Position numbers and translations under genes: made by a program
Shown: piece after piece, positions 36,001 to 47,982 of the stretch
How positions within the stretch are numbered: the stretch's first letter is position 1
Layout: every line of letters starts with the position of its first letter
Notes under the pieces: generated by a model
What the model saw: the letters and a program-made list of their open reading frames with translations, nothing else
What the model was told of the DNA's origin: nothing
Databases searched by the model: none
From: Macrostomum lignano
Lineage: Eukaryota
Reading direction: 5' to 3'
DNA: 64,000 bases
Assembly (NCBI GenBank): GCA_002269645.1
Contig: NIVC01002546.1
Location: 5,794 to 69,793, forward strand

Positions 36001-39000
36001 ATTAACAAGTAAAATAGTTAAAGTAAAGTTCTTTCTGTGCATTTGCCTGTAGGTTGTACGTTTTCTTAGAGTTGAAGCACAGTAATTAAAATTTGAAGGT
36101 TGATTGACAGTTTTCACAACAGTACATTAAGAGAAGCACATCGAATATAGTTACACCTTAGTATGTAGAGTTAACAGAGTTATTAATTTTTATACTGCAA
36201 GATAATTCAAATTTGATTCAGATACCTCATCATCCCTGTCAATTGACGTCTGTTAAAGTTTTGTACAGTTTTCTCGTGTCCAAAAAAACTTTCAAATTGT
36301 TATAGATACGTAAAAAAGTCGAAGAATGAATGAATAGATAGTGAAAAGCACCCAAGAAAAGGCAACAAATTTATTACGAGCTAAATATCCTTCTATTGAC
36401 TGTGGAAATTTATCCGACAAATTTTATATAACGATGACCCAAACCCATTCATGTATATAGGCCAATTGCTGGCTTTTAGTATTTTTCTGGGGTCTGTCAT
36501 CATTTCCCTCATCGGGTCTGTCATCGGGTCTCTCATCGGGTCCATAATCGGGTCCATTTCCCAAGGGTCCATCATCGGGTGCATCATCGGTTCTCTCATC
36601 GGGTCTCTCATCGGGTCTCTCATCGGGTCTCTCATCGGGTCTCTCATCGGGTCTCTCATCGGGTCTGTCATCGGGTCTCTCATCGGGTCTCTCATCGGGT
36701 CTCTCATCGGGTTTCTCATCGGGTCTCTCATCGGGTCTCTCATCGGGTCTCTCATCGGGTCTCTCATCGGTCTCTCATCGGGTCTCTCATCGGGTCTCTC
36801 ATCGGGTCTCTCATCGGGTCTCTCATCGGGTCTCTCATCGGTCTCTCATCGGGTCTGTCATCGGTTCTCTCATCGGTTCTCTCATCGGTTTTCTCATCGG
36901 GTCTCTCATCGGTCTCTCATCGGGTCTGTCATCGGGTCTCTCATCGGTATCTCATCGGTTCTCTCATCGGGTCCATCATCGGGTCCATCATCGGGTCTCT
37001 CATCGGGACTCTCATCGGGTCTCTCATCGGGACTCTCATCGGGTCTCTCATTGGTCTCTCATCGGGTCTCTCATCGGGTCTCTCATCGGGTCTCTCATCG
37101 GTTCTCTCATCGGGTCCATCATGGGGTCCATCATCGGGTCTCTCATAGGGTCTCTCATCGGTTCTCTCATCGGTTCTCTCATCGGGTCTCTCATCGGTTC
37201 TCTCATCGGGTCTCTCATCGGGTCTCTCATCGGGTCTCTCATCGGGTCTCTCATCGGTTCTCTCATCGGGTCCATCATGGGGTCCATCATCGGGTCTCTC
37301 ATAGGGTCTCTCATCGGTTCTCTCATTGGTCTCTCATCGGGTCTCTCATCGGGTCTCTCATCGGGTCTCTCATCGGTTCCATCATCGGGTCCATCATCGG
37401 GTCTCTCATCGGGTCCATCATGGGGTCCATCATCGGGTCTCTCATCGGTTCTCTCATCGGTCTCTCATCGGGTCTCTCATCGGGTCCATCATCGGGTCTC
37501 TCATAGGGTCTTTCAACGAATATCAAGGCCTCTAGTTGAAATTCTTAATATCATTAATTGTTGAAAATTCAAATCTAGATAGAGAAAAGAAATCCAAGAT
37601 GAAATCCGACTCAAAAACAGGTCAGTAGGAGAGGAAAAAAGCTTCAATTTCATCCAAGCATTTCTCACAGCTGTGCGAGCTCTGCCTCGCAGTGACACGT
37701 TATGAATGGGCGGCAAATTTGTAAAAGCTCCGCCTTTACCGGCGGTGCCAATGTCAGCGGCGGCTGTCACAGCGTCTGCACTTCCAGATTGCTTCAGTTT
37801 CTATTTATTTTATTAGGCGAAATAATTGAAGTAAATTTAATGTCATTTGGTAGTCTTTCCCTAGTTATATTGATCTCCTGTGACGCGTTATAGCTAGAAT
37901 CGAGAAAAGTGACACAATGGGTTGTATGCAGAAAGCTCTGTCTAGGGTAGTCCGGTCTTGAAAAGCTAGTCTGGACTTGGATTTGGTATGCGGAAACACA
38001 AAGGGCCGTATGCAGAAAGCTCTGTCTAGGGTAGTCCGGTCTTGAAAAGCTAGTCTGGACTTGGATTTGGTATGCGGAAACACAAAGGGCCGTATGCAGA
38101 AAGCTCTGTCTAGGGTAGTCCGGTCTTGAAAAGCTAGTCTGGACTTGGATTTGGTATGCGGAAACACAAAGGGCCGTATGCAGAAAGCTCTGTCTAGGGT
38201 AGTCCGGTCTTGAAAAGCTAGTCTGGACTTGGATTTGGTATGCGGAAACACAAAGGGCCGTATGCAGAAAGCTCTGTCTAGGGTAGTCCGGTCTTGAAAA
38301 GCTAGTCTGGACTTGAATTTGGTATGCAGAAACACAAAGTTAGGCCGGTCTACTATAGACACAACTAAGGTAGCTGGACCATAGACCATAGACTGAACTA
38401 CCTTGTCAAGTGTGCCGTGTAGTGATTGGCTGGGACTTGAGATATCTGTTCGCTCTAACTCTCCATCATATGCCCTACCCACACAGTCAGCATCCCAAGC
38501 TAGTTAGTTGACATCAAAGGCAACAAAATACACCGCGCCTCCTTCTTTGTTAGTTTCTAGGTGAACGAAAGGCCGATTGCGTTTGGATTCAACGAGACAC
38601 TTATGCGCCTATTAGTGCATATTCTTTACTGTCAAAAAGTTCACTACTGGTTGGCATAGCTAGTCCTACTCAGTAGCAGCGCTCTTAGCGTGAGCAGACT
38701 GATTTTTTGATTGCCAACATTCTCTGCTAATGTCAGAGTTTTCCCAGTAAGCAAATGGAGAAGAGACAGGGGCAGTTGAGCGAGGGTGAGGGCGAGAGCG
38801 AGAGCGAGAGGGGGAGACAGCTCGCAATATTATTAAGCTTCTGCTGCTGCAGGCTCTAAAACCTCACGAGGGTTGCTATGGAAACAGCAAGGTACACACA
38901 GCTGGAATTGGGAATAGAAAATACCAAACGGTGGACATTGCTTGCTGCTGGGGCCAGGTTTCCGGAGGTTTGGCATTTCATTGTTTAGACAGCCAGTGCT

Positions 39001-41737
39001 TTAGCGTGCATCTCAATGCTGCTCAAATATTGCAAACTTTATTGCTTTTGGCGAGTCCTTGTTGTACTTATAGTTGTAAATCACCGTTTACACTAATAAT
39101 GACAGCTAGATAAAACCGGCAGGTCACCAGAAGTAGTCTGCGAAGTCAATAAAAGTTCCAGGGAGCAGGCGAGACTCAAGGAAAGTAGCAACCTTGAGTA
39201 GACAGTGGTGAACGTAACTCTATTGTGGACAGTCAGTGATAACTCTAGGATAGACAGTCGTAACTCTAGGGTAGACAGTGGTAACTCTGGGGTAGACAGT
39301 CGTAACTCTGGGGTAGACAGTCGTAACTCTAGGGTAGACAGTGGTAACTCTGGGGTAGACAGTCGTAACTCTGGGGTAGACAGTCGTAACTCTGGGGTAG
39401 ACAGAGCATTGGTAACTCTAGGGTAGACGGTGGTAACTCTAGGGTAGACAGTGCAGTGGTAACTCTAGGGTAGACAGTGGAGTAGTAACTCTAGGGTAGA
39501 CAGTGGTAACTCTAGGGTAGACAGTCGTAACTCTAGGGTAGACAGTGGTAACTCTAGGGTAGACAGTGCAATGGTAACTCTAGGGCAGAGAGTTGTAACT
39601 CTAGGGTAGACAGTGCAAGGGTAACTCTAGGGTAGACAGTGGTAACTCTAGGGTAGACAGTGCAATGGTAACTCTAGGGCAGAGAGTTGTAACTCTAGGG
39701 TAGACAGTGCAAGGGTAACTCTAGGGTAGACAGTGGTAACTCTAGGGTAGACAGTGCAGTGGTAACTCTAGGGCAGAGAGTTGTAACTCTAGGGTAGACA
39801 GTGCAATGGTAACTCTATTCTGGACAGTCAGTGATAACCCTAGGATAGACAGTGGTAACTCTGGGGTAGACGTGGTAACTCTAGGGTAGACAGTGCAATG
39901 GTAACTCTAGGGCAGAGAGTTGTAACTCTAGGGTAGACAGTGCAGTGGTAACTCTAGGGCAGAGAGTTGTAACTCTAGGGTAGACAGTGCAGTGGTAACT
40001 CTAGGGCAGAGAGTTGTAGCTCTAGGGTAGACAGTGCAATGGTAACTCTAGGGCAGAGAGTTGTAGCTCTAGGGTAGACAGTGCAGTGGTAACTGTATTC
40101 TGGACAGTCAGTGATAACCCTAGGATAGACAGTGGTAACTCTGGGGTAGACGTGGTAACTCTAGGGTAGACAGTGCAGTGGTAACTCTAGGGTAGACAGT
40201 GCAGTGGTAACTCTAGGGTAGACAGTGCAGTGGTAACTCTAGGGTAGACAGTGGTAACTCTAGGGTAGACAGTGCAGTGGTAACTCTAGGGTAGACAGTG
40301 GTAACTCTAGGGTAGACAGTGCAGTGGTAACTCTAGGGTAGACAGTGGTAACTCTAGGGTAGACAGTGCAGTGGTAACTCTAGGGTAGACAGTGCAGTGG
40401 TAACTCTAGGGTAGACAGTGTTAACTCTAGGGTGGGGAATTGGTAATTACATGAGAGTAAACGTTGATAAATATATGAGGGTCGATAGTGGTAGCTCCTG
40501 GGTAGATTGTTTTAATCACGTTGTAGATAAAAGCGTCGATGCAATTCATAGACCTCTAAAATGAATAAAAAACAAGAGCAAAGATCCAGAATGGTCTATT
40601 TATCAGTGGCCTTCACCAAACTCACAGTAATCGCCGCTTTGGACCGCGACCTTCGATATTTTGCAGCCAGGTGCAGCGGCGTCATCTGATCCGGCCCTTC
40701 TACGTTCACGTCAGCGCCTCGTTTGATAAGAAGCTCGCAAACATCGCTGTGGTTGTTCCTGGCCGCATAGTGCAGCATGCTGTAGCCTTCGGAGTCGCGT
40801 TTGTCGATCGGGATGTTCTTGCGCACCTTGATCACGCCGGTTGGGCCCGTTGGAACTGACGGACCCATCAGTTCGTCCAGGTCTTTGGTTCGGCCTTCTT
40901 TCGCTGCCTGTGTGGTTCGTCATGAGCTGGTATTGTTTTGCTGCGCCTTACTTAGCAAACATTCTAAGCCAGAACACCGACTCATGAGAATATATGGATG
41001 TAAACGTAGCTTAATAAAGGCAGCTGTCACATCTTTTTTCTCTAATAAAGACAAGAGTTTTGTATCAGAAGAAAACGTCAGGACCCTCAGATATAAAACA
41101 ACTTGGAGGGCAAGAGGCGTTTTGGTGGATGCCCCAAATCGTCTTCTAGGCCGATCGATGTGACGTCCAAGAGGTAGCAGAATTTGACCTCTGTTGTCAT
41201 TCATCGAGTTTGGTTGCCTCTTCATTTAGTTTTTAGAGGAGTTTAATTTTTTACCTATGCTTTTAACTCGGTCATCTTTGACGCTCTTTAACAGAAAGTT
41301 CGCGGGACTGTGCCTTTATTGCAACTTTTTATAGTTTTCGTTAGTCAAAATTAAACTGTCTGTGCATGAAGACATTAATTTGAAAAAAGTGTTTTTACCT
41401 CAATCATCTCCTGGAAGTTGACCACCTGGTTAACTCGCGACTTCCCAATGTTGACGCCGACGCCTTGATCGTCCGCGCCGCCGTCTTCGGTTGAGCGCAG
41501 GAATCGCACCATCTGAACTGGCAGGTTCTCCGACAGAGCGACCTGCTGCTGCTGCTGCTGTTTCAACGGCTCAGGGACACGTCTCAAGTGCTCTGGCGAT
41601 CCGTACTCCGGCGCGTTGGGTATCGCACGTCCCGGCTGGGGCCGCGCCGACGCCACCAGCTCGTTGTCATTGTCTGGCACCAACGCCTGGTTCACAGCTG
41701 CCATCGCCGGTGACACCCTGTTGTTACCAGAGCTCAT
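27049..41737 (-). CDS. TRPA1: TRPA1-like ankyrin-repeat cation channel; exons ~41737-41399, 40907-40626, 35383-35342, ~33796-33620, 33072-32751, 32668-32189, 31711-31266, 31000-30432, 30348-30027, 29928-29797, 29053-28579, 27769-27470, 27165-27049
   Basis: Many ankyrin repeats (TPLHLAA), LLKHPLVSALLRHKW linker, six TM segments, W..GA....AW.NL.LY..K.P.FGIYVVMF, pore MMIGEFEY, NLLVGLAVDDIK.VQ..A.L.R..MQV TRP-like helix; splice phases checked at most junctions (donor of the ~33.6-kb exon uncertain). Confidence 0.93.
28023..28375 (-). mobile_element. tRNA-derived SINE family 1, copy 1 (TRPA1 intron)
   Basis: Near-identical body to copies at 34660-35011 and 42558-42890; head has an A-box-like AGTGATCTGG and a B-box-like GGCTCGATTCC. 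Confidence 0.8.
29229..29535 (+). mobile_element. tRNA-derived CORE-type SINE (family 2), copy 1
   Basis: tRNA-like head (GTTAGAGCG..GGTTCGATTC) followed by GTCCCTGAGC..CTTAACTC..TTGCTTCAGTTCACCCAGCTGTAAAATGGG, resembling the CORE domain; second copy at ~47815. Confidence 0.72.
34660..35011 (-). mobile_element. tRNA-derived SINE family 1, copy 2
   Basis: Head AGTGGTCCAGCG..GGTTCGATTCC; same body as copies 1 and 3. Confidence 0.82.
36493..37510. repeat. 12-bp minisatellite (CTCTCATCGGGT) in a TRPA1 intron
   Basis: About 85 units; explains the SLIG/SHRV/MRDP ORFs. Confidence 0.97.
37924..38338. repeat. 84-bp tandem repeat, ~5 near-identical copies, TRPA1 intron
   Basis: Unit starts at 37924, 38008, 38092, 38176 and 38260; 28-aa period in ORF 37865-38482. 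Confidence 0.95.
39225..40432. repeat. 21/26-bp variant minisatellite (GGTAACTCTAGGGTAGACAGT[GCAGT])
   Basis: About 50 units with recurring variants (GGGCAGAGAGTT, ATTCTGGACAGTCAGTGAT). Confidence 0.95.
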
Positions 41738-42557
41738 GCACGCTGTGCAGATGCTCCGCTGTGCTCACTCTGTTTTTATTATCTTCCCCTTAGCAATAAA
41801 ACTGGGCGGGACCGGGGCCGTATTAAGTAATTTGATTCCTGCTCCCTAGCAATGTCCAACTGTGGCTGTACCTTTAGCTAGCCACTGTCTGTGCTTCTCC
41901 TGTACTTAAGCTGATGATGCCGCTCAGAGCCCTAATTTCTTCTTTTTAATATTGGATTTTGAATTCAAAGTGCGGTGACAATGGGCTAGGGTAGAGGCAC
42001 TGCAGAGGCCCCAACTACAGTGTACACACCTTTCCCGTATCTGTGCGGATCAGCGTTTGCTCAGCCTTAAAGAATGAAAAAAATAGGAATGAGCGGGACG
42101 AGATTTTGGGAGACGGAGAGACGGAGAGGGTGAGAGAGGGGGAGAGAGTGAAACTGCGACCTATAAGCACTCTCTGGATCGGGAAGAGCTGAGCTGCCGG
42201 GCAAAGATAGAATGGAAAGAGTACCCATCCGCGCTTGTCAAGCATCCTGCCTGGCTCACAGGCCGGGGTTTGTGGTACAGTTTTGTTGTCATGGCAACAA
42301 CGGACAGAAGGGAGAGAGAAACTCTGAGCTTAGGGAGTGTATTGGGAGGATCAGAGGTAAGCGTTAGAAAGGAGGAGCGACCTGGAAGGCCGAGTTGGAA
42401 AATGCATACACTCTTGGCTCCACCCGTTTTGCAGCTAAGAATAGGCTCCAGAGGACTACAGGTAGCTCAGCTAATCTAAATACTCTACAGAACTCTTGTA
42501 AATGAAAGAAGAGTTGTTGTTGAATACTTCTTAGACTGATAAAACTAATGTTCATCA

Positions 42558-42890
42558 GGGGCAGGGACTCAGTGGTCTGGCGGGACGCTCTGATGTGCCA
42601 GCGGCCCAGGCTCGATTCCAAGTGCAGTCCACATTAATTTGAAGCTAAATTGGAATATCGGCTTGGCTCTGCTCATGGGATTAATGCGATTGAGGGCCGA
42701 GCCCCAAGGCACAGTGAAGCGTACATGCCTAACGATAAATAAAGTTAGGGCCGCTGTACACTCCTGTGTGAGTGTGTGCCTGTGCGTATGACTGCGTACG
42801 TATCCGCGCGCTTGTGCGCCTGCTCAGGGGAGTCGGTGGAATTGGTAATAACAATGTCGTTTAAAGTGCACCAGGGTGCACACAGGCCCC
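42558..42890 (+). mobile_element. tRNA-derived SINE family 1, copy 3 (internal deletion near 42840)
   Basis: GGGGCAGGGACTCAGTGGTCTGG..GGCTCGATTCC head; reverse complement of the copy 1/2 body; short TAA-rich tail. Confidence 0.8.
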
Positions 42891-44834
42891 TGATTCTACG
42901 AGTAATAATAAAAAGCTACTGCTTATACAAATTTTTCATTTGCGTACGACGATGCATTCTGAACATTACTGTAAGTAGTGCTTTTAGAAATTACTGATTA
43001 ACCATTCCCTTTCGCGCGGCACAACTTTTGCACTCCTTCACACTGCCATCATTGTACATATTCTTTTTCGTACAATCGCAGCATTTTGCGGGAACAAGCC
43101 TCTATACACCGCCATCAAACTTTACAGAAATATCTGGTCAGCAAAACATGACTACTGATAATAGTTATTATAGATAGTGTACGGTTTCAAGACTTTTTTA
43201 TTACTTTTGCAGAAGTTTTATCGAACAAATAGTATACCACTGACGCCAAAATTGCTTGTGTCAGTTTGCACGCTCGCAACTGGCATTTTGCTCCACACTC
43301 TCAAGCTGCCGATTGCGTAACCTACGATTACTATTAGTTAGAGGGCTCAATGCGAATAAGTTCACGATACCCCTGAGTGCAGTTGTAGTTTTAGTAAACC
43401 TCAAAACATTTCTGCTTTCGTGGTCAACTAAAGTAGAAGTACGCTAGGCGTGCAATCCGTGCTAAAATATTTGCTTGAGACTGTTCTTGGCGAGCTAGAA
43501 AGTTTTCAGTTTGTTGTCATTGAACTAGCGATCTGCGCCCCCGATGGGAGGCAACAAAGAGAGAAGCAACTTGCTAGAATAAACTAAATCATATTTTGAC
43601 CTTGTACAATCACTGAATATTGTTAGATATTGTTAGTTTCTGAAAGAACCTGATGTGTTTAAAGCAAAAAGCATTCACCTCGAAAGCCAGCTATCTAGCC
43701 TAGGATATCAGTATTCCAGCTTGGAGCTTTGGTATTAAATCCTCTCTTTAAGCCACGACTTAACCCTAACTCCTAATCTCGATCCTTTGATACCTGGCGC
43801 TGGATGGAGTTTCACTCAAGGGCTACTCGAGTAGAAGGAGAAACTGAATTCTTGGAAAATTTAAAAAAACTTAACGAAAAACTTTATGAATATCAATAAG
43901 TCTATAAGAAAGGCAAGGCATATCAAAAGATGAAAATTGTGTCTCCCTTCTATCAAAAGCAATAACATTTTTTGCTGGAAAATCCTCCAAGTCCAATCTC
44001 CGTAATGTATTTCTTTGGTAAAACCTGCCTTTTAAAATTTTCCAAGAACCGTACTTTTCCGTCCTTTTACTTGGGTAGTCCTTGGTTTTGCCATAGACAA
44101 ATTCAGTGTGAATAAAACTGGCATCCAGCAGTTTCTCTTCATCTCACCGGACTCAGTTAAACGGGGCATAGGTTAGATAGCGGGAGAAATACCACTTTAT
44201 TAGTGAATTAGACAACACAAAGTACGCTAATTCAGCATTAATAATTGTATAATTGTTGAGCTTAGCAGCTCTCCGTGAGACTCCGGCAGGAACATTTGCA
44301 CCTGAACAAGACAACGGAGTAAGTTCTATGAATCAGAGGGAGAGCTTTAATATTCAAACATGGCAGTGTTGTGCACATGGAAACGCATATAAATTCAGTC
44401 AGTACAGTGAACTGCATGCACCCAAACTGCATGCTTTAACAATTTTGTGTGTCTACTGAACGAAATTTTAATATCACACTCAGAATGGAATTAATTTTTT
44501 TTTGTAATTTATTCGCTGCTCGTATTTGCACTGGTATATGGCAACACAAATATCTAGTGAATTTTCTGGTAATTAAGCTTTACTGCGTAGAAAGGTGTGC
44601 AGGATGGGGCAAAATTTATGTTAGAATTAGCTTGTGGATCTGATGGTGTTTTAGATTAACTCCGGATAATATAATTCAACAAATGTATAAGACATTACAT
44701 GTACAGTAAATAAGATCCAATCATACTTGAGTTCATAATCCGACTAGACGAAAACTAATCTTATTGTACAGGTAAATATTATTTTTAAAAAATATTTGAC
44801 TTTCGTAATGTCTCTCAATTCTTTTTACTGAAGT

Positions 44835-46136
44835 TTAACGTCTGCAAGACCGGAGCTGCATCTGGTAGACCGAGCTCGCGTCATCAAAGTTGCTTGCTAG
44901 CACCATCTTCCTGTCGTTCACAACAACATCGGCGGCGTCTACTGCTGCGGCTGCGGTTGGCGGCGCCGATCTGGTCGAGGCCGACTGCTCACCCCGGCGA
45001 CACCAGACCCGGCGACGGCACCGGCCGCACAAAAGTCTGGCCAAGTCGGCGCGAAAGTCGGCGGACATCAGACTGTAAATAAAGAAGTTGCAGGCGAAGT
45101 TGCAGAACTGCAGGAACAGAAGGCCGGACCAGCCCAGCCGGACACTGTGGTACTCGGGCGTGCCCGGCTGGACGGAGCCCGGAATGCCCTTGCCGTGGTG
45201 CACAACTAGCCAGAACTTCACGGGCATCGCCAGCGGGATGAACAACAGCGGCACAGGCAGCACCATTCGCGTGGTTGGCGTGAGCAGGCGATGCTGCCGT
45301 CCAGCTGGCGAGCAGTTGCTGAGCCCGGCTGTCAGAGTTTTAAGCTGGCGACTTCTTTGGTAAAGTCTGTGCGCGATCGCCCCAGTGAAGATGACCAATA
45401 GCAGGAGGGGCAGCCCAGCGGTGAAGGTCATGTCTACGAAGGGGTGAACCGATTTAGAAATGAACGCGTCCAGACCCGAACGCGCATTCTGACAGCTCAT
45501 TCGGTTCAGTTGGTGGTTCCAGACGAATTCGCGAGTCCAAAAGAAATGCACATTGAGCAGTGCAGAGACAGTTATGATAGCAACAATCACAGCGACGATT
45601 CGACGCGGCGTCAGGAGTCGCGATCGACGCAAGGGGAAACAGATGATGGTGAATCTCTCTCCGGACACCAGCACCACCATCCAGATGCTGAACATCAACG
45701 AGAAGTAGACGAGAAACTCGTGCGTCTTGCAGACACCTGTGCCCAAAGTTTGCACGTCAAAGCTGATGTAGAGCTTGGCGTGTCTCAGCCAGTGCCGCGT
45801 GATGGGGAACAGGAACACGAGCAGATCGGCGCAGGCCAGCGTCACCATGGTGATGCAGAGGACCGGCTTCCTTCGCCGTCGTTTGGTACTAGTACTGAAC
45901 ACAAGCACAATTAGCAAGTTGCCTATCAGGCCAACGGCTAAGAGTGGCGGAAGCAGAACGCTCCACAAAATTGTATTCGCCTGACAATAGGCCTCGCAAA
46001 CGGACGATTCCGACTCGGAGTCGTTCGCGACTTTCAGTGACATTTCTAAGAAATTCCTTTCCTTCAATTTTCCGCCTAACTTGGAGTGCGCGCTTGAGAT
46101 GCTGCTGGCAACTCTTATAAAGACAGATACCCACAT
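44835..46136 (-). CDS. Intronless class A (rhodopsin-like) GPCR, peptide-receptor type (FMRFamide-receptor-like); start 46136 or 46043
   Basis: Seven hydrophobic segments; GLIGN (TM1), LACAD (TM2), C..S.W.VVLVS.ERF..IC.P (TM3), LN.HFFW (TM4), NF..NFFIY....DFR (TM7); N-glycosylation sequon NDS. Confidence 0.9.
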   Translation of the reverse strand: MWVSVFIRVASSISSAHSKLGGKLKERNFLEMSLKVANDSESESSVCEAYCQANTILWSVLLPPLLAVGLIGNLLIVLVFSTSTKRRRRKPVLCITMVTLACADLLVFLFPITRHWLRHAKLYISFDVQTLGTGVCKTHEFLVYFSLMFSIWMVVLVSGERFTIICFPLRRSRLLTPRRIVAVIVAIITVSALLNVHFFWTREFVWNHQLNRMSCQNARSGLDAFISKSVHPFVDMTFTAGLPLLLLVIFTGAIAHRLYQRSRQLKTLTAGLSNCSPAGRQHRLLTPTTRMVLPVPLLFIPLAMPVKFWLVVHHGKGIPGSVQPGTPEYHSVRLGWSGLLFLQFCNFACNFFIYSLMSADFRADLARLLCGRCRRRVWCRRGEQSASTRSAPPTAAAAVDAADVVVNDRKMVLASNFDDASSVYQMQLRSCRR

Positions 46137-46754
46137 AATAGCCTCGGTACGAAGCCTATTGCGCCATGTCTGTCTCGTCGCTTTTGATTGGACGTTGGAA
46201 ATTAAAGCGTTTGAACTCACTGTGAAACTATTTGTGGCAAAATATTCGACCCTCGAATTGTTTTATTTAAAGGAATGGCATTAAACTGAATAGGAAATTG
46301 CGTCGTAGATTGAATAAAATCGATAATAGATGTAGGTTTAAAATCGATGCAAAATCAACTATTTCATGGATAGGCACAACGATTTTTACGGGTTAAAAAA
46401 TAGGTTAGGATTTTTTTAAAGAAGGTAATGTCATTTTTTAGTTTTTGGAAAGTGCCCGTAAGTTATCTGTTCAATATGGAAGCAAATTTATACTTTTAGA
46501 ACAAAATGTGAGAGAAGAATTGCCTAATTTTTTATTCTAACAGAATTTATTAAACCAATATAAAAAAGTACAATTTAAAATACTGCTTCAGCAAAGGGAT
46601 TAAGGACAGTAAGCAGTTAAATAGGCATTGAGCTGCTTGCTAATGGTTTGTTCTTGTTCAGTGACCAATGGCTCTACTAGAAGAACAACGTTGCTCGATT
46701 TTTCTGTACTTAAAGATAAATAAACAGTGTCACATACTGAACTTTAAAGTTTAG

Positions 46755-46935
<181 letters not shown>

Positions 46936-47814
46936 AAAGGACCCTGTCTTAAGTCAGAATAGAATTATCAAAGTGCAATAAATTTTTGACAAAAAAAGCT
47001 TGAAATAGAAGTGAGTGCTTTTTAAACTATGAATTTATGGTCGCGGAATTTTCTGAAAGTCTTGCAGCCAGTAGCCGAAATTCAAATAAATAATTTACCA
47101 AGTTGGTGCTGATTCCAGCCTGCTCGATTTCTACTCAAAGGTTTCAGTATTTTTAGTGCAAATGGCTGCTTCTGAGCTTCTCCAGTGCGCCGTGTTGGTT
47201 TCGCCATAAATTTTCTTTCTGTCAGGATCAAATTTCAGCGGAGACGGCCAAACTTATTTGGGCTATCGAGCTTCTCGGAAAGCCCTGCAATCCCAACCAT
47301 TCGCCCCGTAAATTGAAGCATCTGTCCGTTAAATGGGACGACAGGAGCTGCGTTAGTCAGCACAAACCAATGGAGACTCTGTGTACCATGCTGCACGGAT
47401 GCCTGTATACTGATTTTCCATAGCTAAATTTGTTCTTAAAATGTTGATCGGAGCGGCGTATGTTTCGATAATAACTAATGACAATTTTAACCAAATTCTG
47501 TCATTTCTTAATATAAGTTACTACACTTTTCTATGCCTCAAATAATCAGGTGAATTTATGAGCTTTGCGTATTAACCCACAGTGAATGCAGAAAGCTCCG
47601 ATAAACGGTTGCTCAATCTGCGCAATACTACGAGCCGTATTTTCTGCCTGAACGTGTAAAAAACGCTCTAAGAGCTCCAAAGCGTAGGTGACTTGATTAT
47701 TTTCATTAATGACATTTACCCCGGTATCAGCGTAGAAAGTGCTATCAAGATGATTTACAGTGGGCAGGGTAAATGCTCTGGAAAGCTTTTTAACACCTTT
47801 TCGCATTTTTCCTA

Positions 47815-47982
47815 GTGTTGTAACCTAGTGGTTAGAGCATCGGATTCATGACTTGAAGGTTGAGGGTTCGATTCCTGATTCCACTGGTGTCAGCATTGTA
47901 AAATGGGTGCCAGCATTAGCTGGGGTAATTGAGGGTGTGTGTGGCGACTCCCCCTCCCCCCAGTCCTTGGACAGAACAGCCC
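47815..47982 (+). mobile_element. SINE family 2, copy 2, with most of the CORE-like segment deleted
   Basis: TAGTGGTTAGAGC A-box and GGTTCGATTCC B-box; jumps to GTAAAATGGGTGCCAGCATTAGCTGGGGTAATTGAGGGT, shared with copy 1. Confidence 0.72.

Noticed and set aside
36393-37564. 351-aa SLIG/SHRV-repeat ORF and companions, resembling a membrane or antifreeze-type protein
   Set aside because: A 12-bp intronic minisatellite open in several frames on both strands.
37924-40432. Regularly spaced repeats as a possible CRISPR array
   Set aside because: No unique spacers, no cas genes, eukaryotic intron context.
47815-47885. tRNA gene (also at 29229, 34940-35011, 42558)
   Set aside because: A and B boxes are present but there is no complete acceptor stem; each continues into a shared SINE body.
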